Assembly (NCBI GenBank): GCA_024277025.1
Contig: JAJRWA010000024.1
Coordinates: 1,040-65,039, forward strand
DNA: 64,000 bases
Source: Candidatus Krumholzibacteriota bacterium
Lineage (GTDB): Bacteria; Krumholzibacteriota; Krumholzibacteriia; LZORAL124-64-63
Direction: 5' to 3'
Shown: positions 48,618-58,033 of the stretch, piece after piece
Layout: each line of letters starts with the position of its first letter
How positions within the stretch are numbered: the stretch's first letter is position 1
Position numbers and translations under genes: made by a program
The notes under the pieces: generated by a model
Database searches by the model: none
The model's input: the letters and a program-made list of their open reading frames with translations, nothing else
What the model was told of the DNA's origin: nothing

Positions 48618-49268
48618 CTAGCTCACCTTGTAGATCTCGGAAACGTAGAATTCAAGGCCGCCGATCATGACCACGGCCTGATTGCTTTCGTAGCGCAACC
48701 CGTCGACCGGACCGGTCATCAGGGTCTTGAAGGGGATGTCTTCCCCTTCGGTGTCGGTCAAGGTCACGGAGATCGAATACTTGCCGTCCGCCGCGTCATC
48801 GCCGTTCTCCAGCTTGCCGTCCCAGCCAATGGAACTCAGGCCGGCACTGACTGATCGCTCGTAGGTGGCAACCACGTTGCCGGTCTCGTCGGTCACCTCG
48901 ATTGTGGCCAGGCCGGGCAGGTCCGTGGCGATCATGCTTTCGGAGGCGACACCACCGGTGACCCACGTCTGGTCACCTTCAACGGTCACGTTCTTGCCAA
49001 CGAGGCTGAGCATGCCGGTGTTGTTGATGGCCTGGCCCACGATCAGGCTTTCTTCGAGGTTGGCGTTGGTCTTCTCCATCTCTTCCAGCATCGTGAACTG
49101 GGTGATCTGGGAAGTGAATTCCTGGTTGTCCATGGGGCTCATGGGATCCTGATTCTGGATCTGGGCCACCAGCAGGGTCATGAAATCAAGCTTGTTGATC
49201 TCCGAATAGTCCCGCGGCTCGGCACCAACGACAGGCCCCGTAGTGTCTGTGACTCCGGCGATAGGCAT
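48618..49268 (-). CDS. flgD: flagellar hook capping protein FlgD
   Basis: DFMTLLVAQIQNQDPMSPMDNQEFTSQITQF, WDGK. Confidence 0.96.
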   Translation of the reverse strand: MPIAGVTDTTGPVVGAEPRDYSEINKLDFMTLLVAQIQNQDPMSPMDNQEFTSQITQFTMLEEMEKTNANLEESLIVGQAINNTGMLSLVGKNVTVEGDQTWVTGGVASESMIATDLPGLATIEVTDETGNVVATYERSVSAGLSSIGWDGKLENGDDAADGKYSISVTLTDTEGEDIPFKTLMTGPVDGLRYESNQAVVMIGGLEFYVSEIYKVS

Positions 49269-49271
49269 GGC

Positions 49272-50936
49272 TTATCCTTCCTCGCTCCTGGCCTCGTCGG
49301 CCAACTGCCAGCTCATGGCATTTTCCCAGGATTGCTGCGCGGCGTGGGGCTGTTGGCCCTGTTGCCGGTCCTGCTCGTTCTGTCCCTCGCGTTGGTCCTG
49401 GCCATTCTGGCCGCGGCGCTGGTCCTGCCGGCCTTCCTGTCTCTGGTCGGGTTTGCCGTCCTGGCGCGCTTCGTTGCCGTCCCGCACCTCGACGCGGACG
49501 TCCACGTGGCTGAAACGGGCCGAACGCTCGACGATCCGGTCTGTCAGATCCTTGAGGTTCTCGCGAACCGCCGCGTCGGCCTCGGTCGAACTGGCGGTGA
49601 TCACCACCGACAGGCGGTCTTCCCGCGACTCGAAGTTCAGCTCGATCTGGCCAAGGCTCTCGGGATTGAGTTTGATCGTGACCTGCTCACCACCGGTGAT
49701 GTCGGTCAAGCGGCTCGCGAACTGGCTGACGACCTGCCGGTGGATCTGCCGGGATGTGCTCGGCTGGCCGACTGCCGTCGCCGTCGACTTCTGGGTGGCA
49801 GCCTCCTGGACACGGGCGGCGGCGGGATCAAGGGCGGCGCCTGGCGCGGCGTCGGCGGTGACGTCGCCGGTGTCAGCCGAAGCCGGGGCCGTCGCCGCCG
49901 CTGCCGAGGCCTCGCTGCTCTCGGTGACCGCTGCGGTCAGGGATTCACTCTCCGGCTGCGGCAGTGCCGCAGTATCTGCGGGTGCGGTGTCGGCGGTGAC
50001 CTCAACGTCTGCTTCCGCAGACTCGGGCGGCAGGTCCACCGCCGCCGGTACAGCCTCTTCCGTCGCGGGGGCTGCGGCGGGATCAGGCGTGTTCAGCAGC
50101 AGATCTCCGGGCCCCGCTGCGGTAGCCGCGGGAACCGCCGTGGTGGCCTGTCCAGTCGCCGCCGGGCTCACTGAAGGCGTGCCGGTCCGGCTGCTGGCCG
50201 CGGCACCTTCCTGCTTCAGGGAATCGGCCAGCAACTGGGATTCGCTGACCACCGGGGCCTTGGCATAGGTTTCCTGGGCTTTGGCCGCCGAGTCAAGAGC
50301 CACCGCCGAGGCCGGCGCCGGCAGCGGCGCGGGGCGTCCGCTGCCGTCGACGCTGGCCGCAGAGGCTGGCAGAAGCGCTTCCTTCGGCGCGGCCTGAGCT
50401 GCAGGCGTTTCAATTGTCGGTGCCAAACCTGAAGGGCTGGCCGCCTGTCCCGAGGGGTCCGGCGCCGGGTTGCCGGCGCTCGGATTCGCGGGCGCGGTAG
50501 TCGCCGGTACGGAGTCGGGCTCGCCACCCTTGAGCACCCCGTCCAGCGCCGGCGTGCCGGGCCGTGCTTCCCCGGTACCGGCTGCCGGCGCAGCGCCGAT
50601 TCCAGTGCCGGGCAGGGAGGGCGCAGAGCCGATCAGCTCGGTCGGGGTGGCGACAGCCGGGTCGCCCTTGCCGCCAGCAGGCTTGGCCGGAGCGACCGGC
50701 TTGTCGGCCGGGACCGCGGTTGGTTCGGCAGCACCGCCCTTTTTGGCGGAGACGTCGAGCGCGCTGTCGGGCCGCTTCTGGCGTTCGACCAGCAGGTGCG
50801 AAAAACTCACGGCCGCCTGGTCCTCCGCTGCGGGCGCCGGCTCACGGCGATCGCGCGGCGTGACGGCCGGTTGGCTGACCGTCCGGGCCGACCGGGGCAG
50901 CATTTCATTGACCGAGAATTGTTCCAGACCAGCCAT
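49272..50936 (-). CDS. fliK: flagellar hook-length control protein FliK
   Basis: Ala/Pro-rich N-terminus; C-terminal VTIKLNPESLGQIEL; upstream of flgD; TGATG coupling. Confidence 0.9.
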   Translation of the reverse strand: MAGLEQFSVNEMLPRSARTVSQPAVTPRDRREPAPAAEDQAAVSFSHLLVERQKRPDSALDVSAKKGGAAEPTAVPADKPVAPAKPAGGKGDPAVATPTELIGSAPSLPGTGIGAAPAAGTGEARPGTPALDGVLKGGEPDSVPATTAPANPSAGNPAPDPSGQAASPSGLAPTIETPAAQAAPKEALLPASAASVDGSGRPAPLPAPASAVALDSAAKAQETYAKAPVVSESQLLADSLKQEGAAASSRTGTPSVSPAATGQATTAVPAATAAGPGDLLLNTPDPAAAPATEEAVPAAVDLPPESAEADVEVTADTAPADTAALPQPESESLTAAVTESSEASAAAATAPASADTGDVTADAAPGAALDPAAARVQEAATQKSTATAVGQPSTSRQIHRQVVSQFASRLTDITGGEQVTIKLNPESLGQIELNFESREDRLSVVITASSTEADAAVRENLKDLTDRIVERSARFSHVDVRVEVRDGNEARQDGKPDQRQEGRQDQRRGQNGQDQREGQNEQDRQQGQQPHAAQQSWENAMSWQLADEARSEEG

Positions 50937-51460
50937 CAACCAGTCCCTTTCAGGCTCATGCGGGTGCTGACCTGAGCGGCCAGGCCGGGGTCCATCTTGG
51001 CCAGGATCTTGGCGGCAGGCCGCTCCTTCATGCGGCCCATGATGTCCAGGATGATATCCAGTTCGAGACCGCTGATGATGGGCGCCGCCTGCTGCGGCTT
51101 CATGGCCTCATACATCTTGGCCAGTTTGGTTGCCGAACGCTCGCGTTCCTCGACGTACTCCTGCTGTTTCTGGTCCAGCTTCTTGATGACCGCCAGCAGA
51201 CTTTCGCGTCCCTGCTCGAGCACCTGCTCCTGCACGGTCACGGCGCTGCGCAGGGCCAGCAGCTCTTCCTTGTCCTGCTGGATGCGGTCGCGTTCCACCG
51301 CCATGTCATGAAAGACACGCTCTGCCGCCGCATAGTCCTCGGGGGTCAGCTCGGGATTGGTTCCCCCGTTGGCCACCTTGCTCAGTTGGCTGCTGATCAC
51401 CACGACGCCCCCGAAGATCAGGACGAAGGTGATGACCGAAATTGTGAGCACGCTTTTCAT
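50936..51460 (-). CDS. MotE/YlxF-like flagellar protein (TM, coiled coil, MgtE-N-like repeat)
   Basis: LAKMYEAMKPQQAAPII...AAKILAKMDPGLAA; position between fliJ and fliK. Confidence 0.75.
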   Translation of the reverse strand: MKSVLTISVITFVLIFGGVVVISSQLSKVANGGTNPELTPEDYAAAERVFHDMAVERDRIQQDKEELLALRSAVTVQEQVLEQGRESLLAVIKKLDQKQQEYVEERERSATKLAKMYEAMKPQQAAPIISGLELDIILDIMGRMKERPAAKILAKMDPGLAAQVSTRMSLKGTG

Positions 51461-51521
51461 GAACTTTCTCCTCAAGTAGGTCCCGTCACCGCCGATACGG
51501 ATGGAGGATCACTTTGCCCTC

Positions 51522-51536
51522 GCAACACCGATGCCA
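51522..51536 (-). promoter_or_regulatory. sigma-54 promoter upstream of the MotE-like gene, fliK, flgD and flgE
   Basis: TGGCATCGGTGTTGC (GG-N10-GC). Confidence 0.8.
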
Positions 51537-51658
51537 CGGCCAACAGGCCTTTCCGTCTCAGTTCCGTTTACCTAACAGGCTTCTGTTTCCCTAACTTATG
51601 AGCAACCGGCAGCAACTTCCCCGTGGTCCGGCTTCCCGGCGGCAGGAAAGTTGTGCCG

Positions 51659-52117
51659 TCATGAGGCAACCTTTGACCTTCGCTGGCGATCAGCACGAAT
51701 CTGGCCGATTTCATCGAGATCCTGGTTCTCGCGCTTGGCCTGTTCCGCCTGCCAGACCTCTTTTTGTTTCTCGCGCAGCTTGTTCAGTACTTCCAGATCG
51801 CGCCAGATCTCACTCAATTCACTGCGCTGCCGGGACAGTTCAGCCTGGGCTTCGCGCAGCTCGAGCTCAAACCCCTGCCGCACTTTTTCCAGATGGGTCA
51901 CCCACATCGTACGGGCCATCATGCCCTGCACACTGAGCGCGGGCGCTGTCTCGTCCTGAAAATCCTGCAGGTGTCGGCTGATGTCCTCATCCACGCCGGC
52001 AATGCGGGCTGCCAGGCTCGCGACCACTCTCTGTGCCGCCGCCACTTCCCGGCCCTTTTCATCGACCAGTTGTTGCCGGTAACGCGCAACTTTTTCGAGG
52101 CGAAAGACAAATCCCAT
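51659..52117 (-). CDS. fliJ: flagellar export chaperone FliJ
   Basis: FVFRLEKV start, coiled coil, ENQDLDEIG; directly after fliI. Confidence 0.88.
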   Translation of the reverse strand: MGFVFRLEKVARYRQQLVDEKGREVAAAQRVVASLAARIAGVDEDISRHLQDFQDETAPALSVQGMMARTMWVTHLEKVRQGFELELREAQAELSRQRSELSEIWRDLEVLNKLREKQKEVWQAEQAKRENQDLDEIGQIRADRQRRSKVAS

Positions 52118-52118
52118 C

Positions 52119-53435
52119 TCAAGCCACTCCCGTCAGCCGCCGCAGACGGCCCAGCGTGTCGGTCAGCTGAGTGCCTTCGGTGATGCCCTGCGTCAGAAAT
52201 TCGCGCACATCGCCCTCACGCTGCAGGGCTTCATCCAGCACCGGATCAGAGCCGGCCACATAGGCACCGATGTTCACCAGATCACGGTTGTCTTCCAGCG
52301 CCTTGAGCCAGCGCATGAGCCGGGCTCCGGCCTCGATGTCCTGCTTGTCCACGATATCGTTGCGCAGCCGACTGACGCTGCCGAGCACATCGATGGCCGG
52401 GTAGTGGTGCTGCCGGGCCAGATCCCGGCTCAACATCACGTGCCCGTCGAGAATCGAACGCATGGCGTCGCCCACCGGATCCTGGATGTCGTCCCCTTCG
52501 ATCAGCACGGTGAAGAAGGCCGTCATTGAATTGACAGCTGACCAGCCGGCCCGTTCACAGAGCTTGGGCAGCGCCGCGAAGACGCTCGGCGGGTAGCCCT
52601 TGGTGGTGGGCGGCTCGCCGGCCGCCAGGCCGATTTCGCGCAGGGCCATGGCGTAGCGGGTGGCCGAATCCATCATGAACAGGACTTCCCGGTCCGTTTC
52701 GCGGAAGTACTCGGCAATAGTCATGGCCGTGTCCGCGCCCTTGGCGCGCATGACGGCGCTCTCGTCGCTGGTCACGACGATGATCACGCTGCGGGCGAGA
52801 CCGTCCGGCCCCAGATCGCGTTCGATGAATTCCCGCACTTCGCGGCCACGCTCGCCGATCAGCGCCAGTACGTTGACCTCGACGCTGGCCTGACGGGCCA
52901 GCATGCCCAACAGCACGGACTTCCCCACGCCACTGCCGGCAAAGATCCCCAGTCGCTGGCCTCGCGCGGCGGTGATCATGCCATCAAGTGAGCGGATCCC
53001 GGTCGACATGACTTCGTCGGTACGGCGGCGTTCCAGGGCCGAAGGTGGCCTGCCGCCCAGGCGCCGGCGCGCCAGTTTGCTCAGCGGGGGCCCACCGTCC
53101 AGGGGCCGCCCCAGGCCGTCCAGGACGCGGCCGAGCAGTTCCGGCCCCACCGGTACGGTCAATTGGGTGGCCTCCAGGGTGACCCGGCAGCCCGGCGCCA
53201 CGCCGGTGGCCGTCTGGTAGGGCATCACCAGCAGCGTGTCGTCATGAAAGCCCACGACCTCGCACAGCACGGCGGGATCCTGGCGGCCGGTTTCGATCCG
53301 GCAAAGGGAGCCAACCGGCGCGGCCAGGCCGCGAACTTCGATGATCATACCGACCAGATTGGTGACCCGGCCGACCGAGCGGACCGGGTCGGCATTGCGG
53401 ATCCTGTCGCTCAGGTCATTCCACGCCAGGGTCAT
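52119..53435 (-). CDS. fliI: flagellar export ATPase FliI
   Basis: GIFAGSGVGKS, LIGERGREV, DSATRYA, GEPPTTKGYPPS, LDGHVMLSR. Confidence 0.98.
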   Translation of the reverse strand: MTLAWNDLSDRIRNADPVRSVGRVTNLVGMIIEVRGLAAPVGSLCRIETGRQDPAVLCEVVGFHDDTLLVMPYQTATGVAPGCRVTLEATQLTVPVGPELLGRVLDGLGRPLDGGPPLSKLARRRLGGRPPSALERRRTDEVMSTGIRSLDGMITAARGQRLGIFAGSGVGKSVLLGMLARQASVEVNVLALIGERGREVREFIERDLGPDGLARSVIIVVTSDESAVMRAKGADTAMTIAEYFRETDREVLFMMDSATRYAMALREIGLAAGEPPTTKGYPPSVFAALPKLCERAGWSAVNSMTAFFTVLIEGDDIQDPVGDAMRSILDGHVMLSRDLARQHHYPAIDVLGSVSRLRNDIVDKQDIEAGARLMRWLKALEDNRDLVNIGAYVAGSDPVLDEALQREGDVREFLTQGITEGTQLTDTLGRLRRLTGVA

Positions 53436-54216
53436 CGTCGGCCTCGGGTTCGGTTGGGGATTGTGCCCGGAGCGACTCTCCGGTCAGACTGGCCGCAGTC
53501 TCGGCGGTCGCAATCATTTCATCGACAATGGCCGACAGACTGCCCATCTGCCGGGTCAGGGTGGCGTCCCATTCGCGCCCGCCGGCCTGAATGAGGCACC
53601 CGCCGCGTTCGATGCGCCGGTCAGGCACAATCTCGCCGATGTGCAGCCGCGCCAGCAGTTCTGCCTTGTCACTGAGCCAGGCGGCGTCCTCGGGGTTGGC
53701 CTGGATGGTCAGGGGACTGCTCTCTGAAATCTTGTAGATGGTCGTTTCAATGGCGCGGGCCAGCACCTGCGGCTCGGCTGCGACCTCCCGGCGCACGATC
53801 TTGCCGGCGACTTCCACCGCCAGGCGGGCGGCGGCTTCCGACGCCTCCTTCAGTTCCTGCTGCACGGCGTGGGCAATATCCCGGGTCCAGTTGGCGAAGT
53901 TGCTTTCACTCTCGGCGCGGACTTCGGCCAGGCGGGCTTCGAAGTCACTGGTCAGCTTCTGCTCGCGGGCCTTGTACTCGTCCGCCAGATCCATCTCCAC
54001 CAACTCGTAGACCTGGCTGCGTTCTTCCTGGGTCAGCGAATTCATCAGGGACTTGGGGTCCACGAAGCCGGCTTCACTCCGGAACTGGCGGGCTTCCGCT
54101 TCCCCACCGATGGCCCCCACGACAGCAGCAGCAGGTTCAAACTCGGTGCTGTCAACAACGGCCGAGGCCGTTACCGACTCCGCCGCATCAAAGGGCTCAG
54201 GAGACCATTTCAGCAT
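53416..54216 (-). CDS. fliH: flagellar assembly protein FliH
   Basis: LAVEVAGKIV, IQANPED, IERGGCLI; between fliG and fliI. Confidence 0.88.
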   Translation of the reverse strand: MLKWSPEPFDAAESVTASAVVDSTEFEPAAAVVGAIGGEAEARQFRSEAGFVDPKSLMNSLTQEERSQVYELVEMDLADEYKAREQKLTSDFEARLAEVRAESESNFANWTRDIAHAVQQELKEASEAAARLAVEVAGKIVRREVAAEPQVLARAIETTIYKISESSPLTIQANPEDAAWLSDKAELLARLHIGEIVPDRRIERGGCLIQAGGREWDATLTRQMGSLSAIVDEMIATAETAASLTGESLRAQSPTEPEADDDPGVE

Positions 54217-55198
54217 CCTTGCCGCCCTTTCCAAGTGTGATGGTCCCGGCTTCCTCCAGGCTGCGGATGACCTCGACGATGCGCTGCTGGGCCTCTTCGA
54301 CCTCGGACAGGCGCACCGGCCCCATGTATTCCATATCCTCGGCGATACCTTCGGCAGCGCGCTTGGACATATTGCCGAAGATCTTCTCCTGGATCTCCTC
54401 GGTCGCGCCCTTCAGGGCCATCGTCAGTTCCTTGCCGTCGATTTCCTTCAGGATTTCCTGGATGTTGGCGTCGTTCATCACCACGATATCCTCGAAGACG
54501 AACATCAGGTTGTTGACGTCGTTGGCCACCTCGTCGTCGATCTCGCGCATCTCGTCGAGGATCTCCTGCCAGACCTCGCGGTCGATTTCGTTGAGGATTT
54601 CGGCCACCTGCTTCTTGCCGCCGTACTGGGTGTCCTTGGCCGAGATCTCGCCCTGCAACTGGCCGGCCAGGACTTCTTCCACGGCCTTCAGCGTTTCGGC
54701 GTTGGGGGCTTCCAGCACCGCCATCCGGTGGGCCACATCACCCTGGAGTTCGGCCGGGAGCAGCTCCAGGATCGGGCCGCTGCTGCGCGGGTCCATGTGG
54801 GCCAGCACCACGGCCACTGTCTGCGGATGCTCGTTCTTCAGGTAGTTGGCGATGGTCAGCGGGTCCACGTTCTTCAGGTGCTCGAAACTCTTGATCTCGC
54901 TGTAGCTGGTCACCCGGCTGAGCAGCTAGGTGGCCAATCGGCTGCCGAAGCCGGCTTCCAGGATCTGCTTGGCCGTTTCTTCGCCGCCGAAGGCGATACC
55001 GGAGATCTGGCTGCTGATCGCGATGAAATCCGAGAGCACCGTCTTCTTCTCGGCATAGTTCACGTGCCCCATGCCCGCGATCGTGTGGGTCAGGTCCTCA
55101 ACCATGTCTTCGGGCAGTTTGGCCATGACCTGTCCGGCGACATCCGGACCCAGGGCCATCAGGAAGACGGCGGCTTTGCGTACGGCGGTATCCTTCAT
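54197..55198 (-). pseudogene. fliG: flagellar rotor protein FliG interrupted by an in-frame TAG at 54926-54928
   Basis: Two same-frame ORFs (90 aa and 238 aa) join into 333 codons: ...GGEETAKQILEAGFGSRLAT*LLSRVTSYSE... EHPQTVA, MFVFEDI and NMSKRAA...MGPVRL are intact. Confidence 0.92.
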
Positions 55199-55200
55199 TG

Positions 55201-56730
55201 CTAGTCCCCCACCGCTTGTTTGGCCTGGGGACCGAGGTCGATTTCCCGGATCCAGGACTGGATGACTTCCGCCACGCGCTCCGGATTGTCCGAGGCGTAC
55301 TCCTTGATGTCCCCGATGACCTGGTCGTCCATCTCGGGGATGCCGTCGAAGTGCTCGGGCTCGGCCTGGGCCCTCGCCTGGGTGTTGGCGCCGGCGGCGG
55401 CGCCGGTCGTCTGGCCGGTCAGGGCGGTGTTCAGCAAGTTGCCCAGGTTCTTCTTGAGACTGAGCACGAGGATTCCGAAGGCGATCAACAGAACTGCTCG
55501 ACCACCGTACTGGGTGACCAGCCCCACCCAGTCCGCCGACAGGCCCGAAACCGGCACCTGCTGCTCCTGGAACTGCATGTTGACCACTTCAATCTTGTCG
55601 CCGCGCACGGTGTTCAGCCCGACGGCCGTCTGGACGATCCGCCGCAGTTGGCCCAGATCCTCTTCCGTGAGCGGCTGGTACGTGCGGGTGCCGTCCTCGG
55701 CCGTTTCGTAGGTGCCGTCGACGAATACGGCCACCGACAGGTTCTTGACGCCGCCCGTGTGGCCGACGATGTGTTCGACCGTGCGGTTGATCTCGTAGTT
55801 GGTCGTGCTGTTCTCGTTGGTGCCGCCATCCTGGCCGGTGGTGCCCTCGTTGCGCACCTCGCTGCGCACCACGGTGTTGGCCGGATCAAAGATCTCCCGC
55901 TCCCGGTCGATCTTCTCGAAATTGAGCGTCGCATCGACACTCACGATGGAGCGGCCGGCGCCGAGCGCCCCGTCCAGCAGCGCGCTGGCCTTGGCCGCCA
56001 GATAGGATTCGACTTCCTTGCGCAGGGCCAACTGGCTTTCCGAGCGGCCGGCTTCGTCATCGGCCACAGCCGCCGACAGCACCTTGCCCCGCTGGTCCAG
56101 AACCGTGACGTTGCCCGCCTCGAGGTTCTCGACACTGCCGGCCACCAGGCTCTGGATGCCGTTGATCTGATTGTCCGCCAGACGTGTGCCGCGGCCGAGG
56201 TTCACCACCACGCTGGCCGTGGCCGGCGCTGCCAGTTTCTTGAAGATCGAGGGCTTGGGCAGCACCAGGTGCACGCGGGCCGATTGGACCTGCTGGAAGC
56301 TTTCGATGGTCTTGGTAAGCTCGCCTTCCAGGGCGCGCTTGAAATTCACATTCTGCAGGAATTCCGTCAGACCGTACTGCTTGCCGTCGAAGATCTCGAA
56401 ACCGACCGTGCCGGACGACGGGATGCCTTTGCTGGCCAGATCCACGCGCAGATGGTGGACGGCGCTTTCCGGCACCAGGATCGTCGTGCCGCCATTGGTC
56501 AGTTCCGCCTTGACGTCCTGTTTGGACAGCTCCGAGAGGGCCACCGAGGCGTCCTCGGGGGTCAGGTTGGTGAACAGCACCGCGCTGTCTTCCTTCTGCA
56601 GCCAGAGACTGAACACCGCGACACTGATCACGCTGGCGGTGACAACCGCGCCCAACAGGACCCGCTGGTTGAACGAAAGGTGTCCAAGCCTGGTCTTTAA
56701 GTTGTCAATCTGTTCTTTGAGTCCGTCCAC
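55201..56730 (-). CDS. fliF: flagellar MS-ring protein FliF
   Basis: GFEIFD, NFKRALEGEL, ARVHLVLP, two TM segments, C-terminal NPERVAEVIQSW. Confidence 0.97.
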   Translation of the reverse strand: MDGLKEQIDNLKTRLGHLSFNQRVLLGAVVTASVISVAVFSLWLQKEDSAVLFTNLTPEDASVALSELSKQDVKAELTNGGTTILVPESAVHHLRVDLASKGIPSSGTVGFEIFDGKQYGLTEFLQNVNFKRALEGELTKTIESFQQVQSARVHLVLPKPSIFKKLAAPATASVVVNLGRGTRLADNQINGIQSLVAGSVENLEAGNVTVLDQRGKVLSAAVADDEAGRSESQLALRKEVESYLAAKASALLDGALGAGRSIVSVDATLNFEKIDREREIFDPANTVVRSEVRNEGTTGQDGGTNENSTTNYEINRTVEHIVGHTGGVKNLSVAVFVDGTYETAEDGTRTYQPLTEEDLGQLRRIVQTAVGLNTVRGDKIEVVNMQFQEQQVPVSGLSADWVGLVTQYGGRAVLLIAFGILVLSLKKNLGNLLNTALTGQTTGAAAGANTQARAQAEPEHFDGIPEMDDQVIGDIKEYASDNPERVAEVIQSWIREIDLGPQAKQAVGD

Positions 56731-56781
56731 CTGTAGACCTCAGATCCTTCTCAAGTTGGCCGAGTTCGGCCGTTTAGCGCC

Positions 56782-57084
56782 CTAGACCGGCATCCGCATC
56801 AGTTCCTGGTAGGATTCCAGCAGCTTGTTCCTGACTTCCATGAGCAACTCGAAGGCCATTTGCGATTCCTTGGCCGCAATCATTACGTCATGCACTTCGG
56901 TGGTCTTGCCACTGATCATGTCGGTGACCATTTCATCCCGGTGCTCCTGGGCGGCCTGCACATCCTGGATGGCATTCTGCAGTTGGGCCGCGAAGCTTGC
57001 CTTGGGCGCGCCGGTTGCGTTGCCCGCACCGTAGGCGGCCCGCGGATCGATGCTGCCGAGTCCCTTGACGCTTCCGATTGCCAT
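56782..57084 (-). CDS. fliE: flagellar hook-basal body protein FliE
   Basis: VHDVMIA, VRNKLLESYQELMRMPV. Confidence 0.96.
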   Translation of the reverse strand: MAIGSVKGLGSIDPRAAYGAGNATGAPKASFAAQLQNAIQDVQAAQEHRDEMVTDMISGKTTEVHDVMIAAKESQMAFELLMEVRNKLLESYQELMRMPV

Positions 57085-57108
57085 GACTTCCTACCTCTCC
57101 TGCGTCCG

Positions 57109-57606
57109 CTAGATCTTCAGGGCGTCGTTGAACATGTCCTTGGCCGTCTGGACCGCACTGACGTTGGCCTCGTAGGCGCGGCTGGCGGTGATCATGTCCA
57201 CCATTTCACTGATCGGGTTGACGTTGGGCATCAGCACATAGCCCGCCTCGTCGGCGTCCGGATGCCCCGGGTCGTAGACCACGCGAAAGTCCGAGGAATC
57301 CGGCGAGACCTGCACCACGCTCTCGATGCCGCCACCGACCTCCTGGCCGATCTGCACCGTTTCGCTGATGTGGCCCGGATTGGTCCGCGCCAGGCGCGTA
57401 TCGGTACTCAGGCTCATGCTGCTGCCGTTCATCCGGTCTCCGAGCACCTGCTCGAAAATGGCCCGTTGCCGCCGGTATGGTGTGCCGTCGGCTGTCTTGG
57501 TCGTCTCGGCGTTGGCCAGGTTGCGCGCCACGACGTCCATCCGGGTGCGCTGCCCCCGCATGCCCGAGGCGCTGATCCGGATTGAGCTGAACAGTCCGTT
57601 ACCCAT
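57109..57606 (-). CDS. flgC: flagellar basal-body rod protein FlgC
   Basis: ISASGM, ARNLANAET, PYRRQ, YDPGHPDAD, MPNVN, SRAYEAN. Confidence 0.97.
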   Translation of the reverse strand: MGNGLFSSIRISASGMRGQRTRMDVVARNLANAETTKTADGTPYRRQRAIFEQVLGDRMNGSSMSLSTDTRLARTNPGHISETVQIGQEVGGGIESVVQVSPDSSDFRVVYDPGHPDADEAGYVLMPNVNPISEMVDMITASRAYEANVSAVQTAKDMFNDALKI

Positions 57607-57619
57607 GGTTCAGTCCTTT

Positions 57620-58030
57620 CTAGCCCACCCGGCCGCGGATGGCGCTGCGCAGCATGTTGTAGCGCCCGCTGAGCAGGCGCGTGGCCATCCGGTAGCTCAG
57701 GTCGTTGGTGGCCAGCGTGGTCATCTCGGTGTCGATGTCCACGTTGTTGACGCCGTTGTCGAATTGGCTGTCGGCGTCGATCATCAGGTCCTCGGTCGCG
57801 GCGGGGCCCTGGCCGCCGATCGGGATGTGGTTGCGGTGGGTGGTCATCCCCCGCAGCCGCATCTGCTCGCTGTCGAGCAGCTCTTCGAATTGCAGCTTCT
57901 GGGCGCGGTAGCCCCGCGTCTCGACGTTGCTGATGTTCTGGGCCGTCACCTGGTGCCGGCGGGCGTACACGTCCACGGCCTTCTTCAGGTTCTCCAGGTG
58001 CGCCTTGGCAAACAATCCGGTCTTGATCAT
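57620..58030 (-). CDS. flgB: flagellar basal-body rod protein FlgB
   Basis: AQNISNVETRGY, NGVNNVDID. Confidence 0.95.
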   Translation of the reverse strand: MIKTGLFAKAHLENLKKAVDVYARRHQVTAQNISNVETRGYRAQKLQFEELLDSEQMRLRGMTTHRNHIPIGGQGPAATEDLMIDADSQFDNGVNNVDIDTEMTTLATNDLSYRMATRLLSGRYNMLRSAIRGRVG

Positions 58031-58033
58031 GAT

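Noticed and set aside
46208-55198. Genome-wide amber recoding (TAG read as Gln or pyrrolysine) to explain the two internal stops
   Set aside because: TAG is a heavily used true stop here. hslU ends at its conserved [12 protein letters not shown], and argF, xerC, fliQ, fliP, fliL, flgE, flgD, fliE, flgC and flgB also end in TAG at expected lengths. No pyl genes are in the window.
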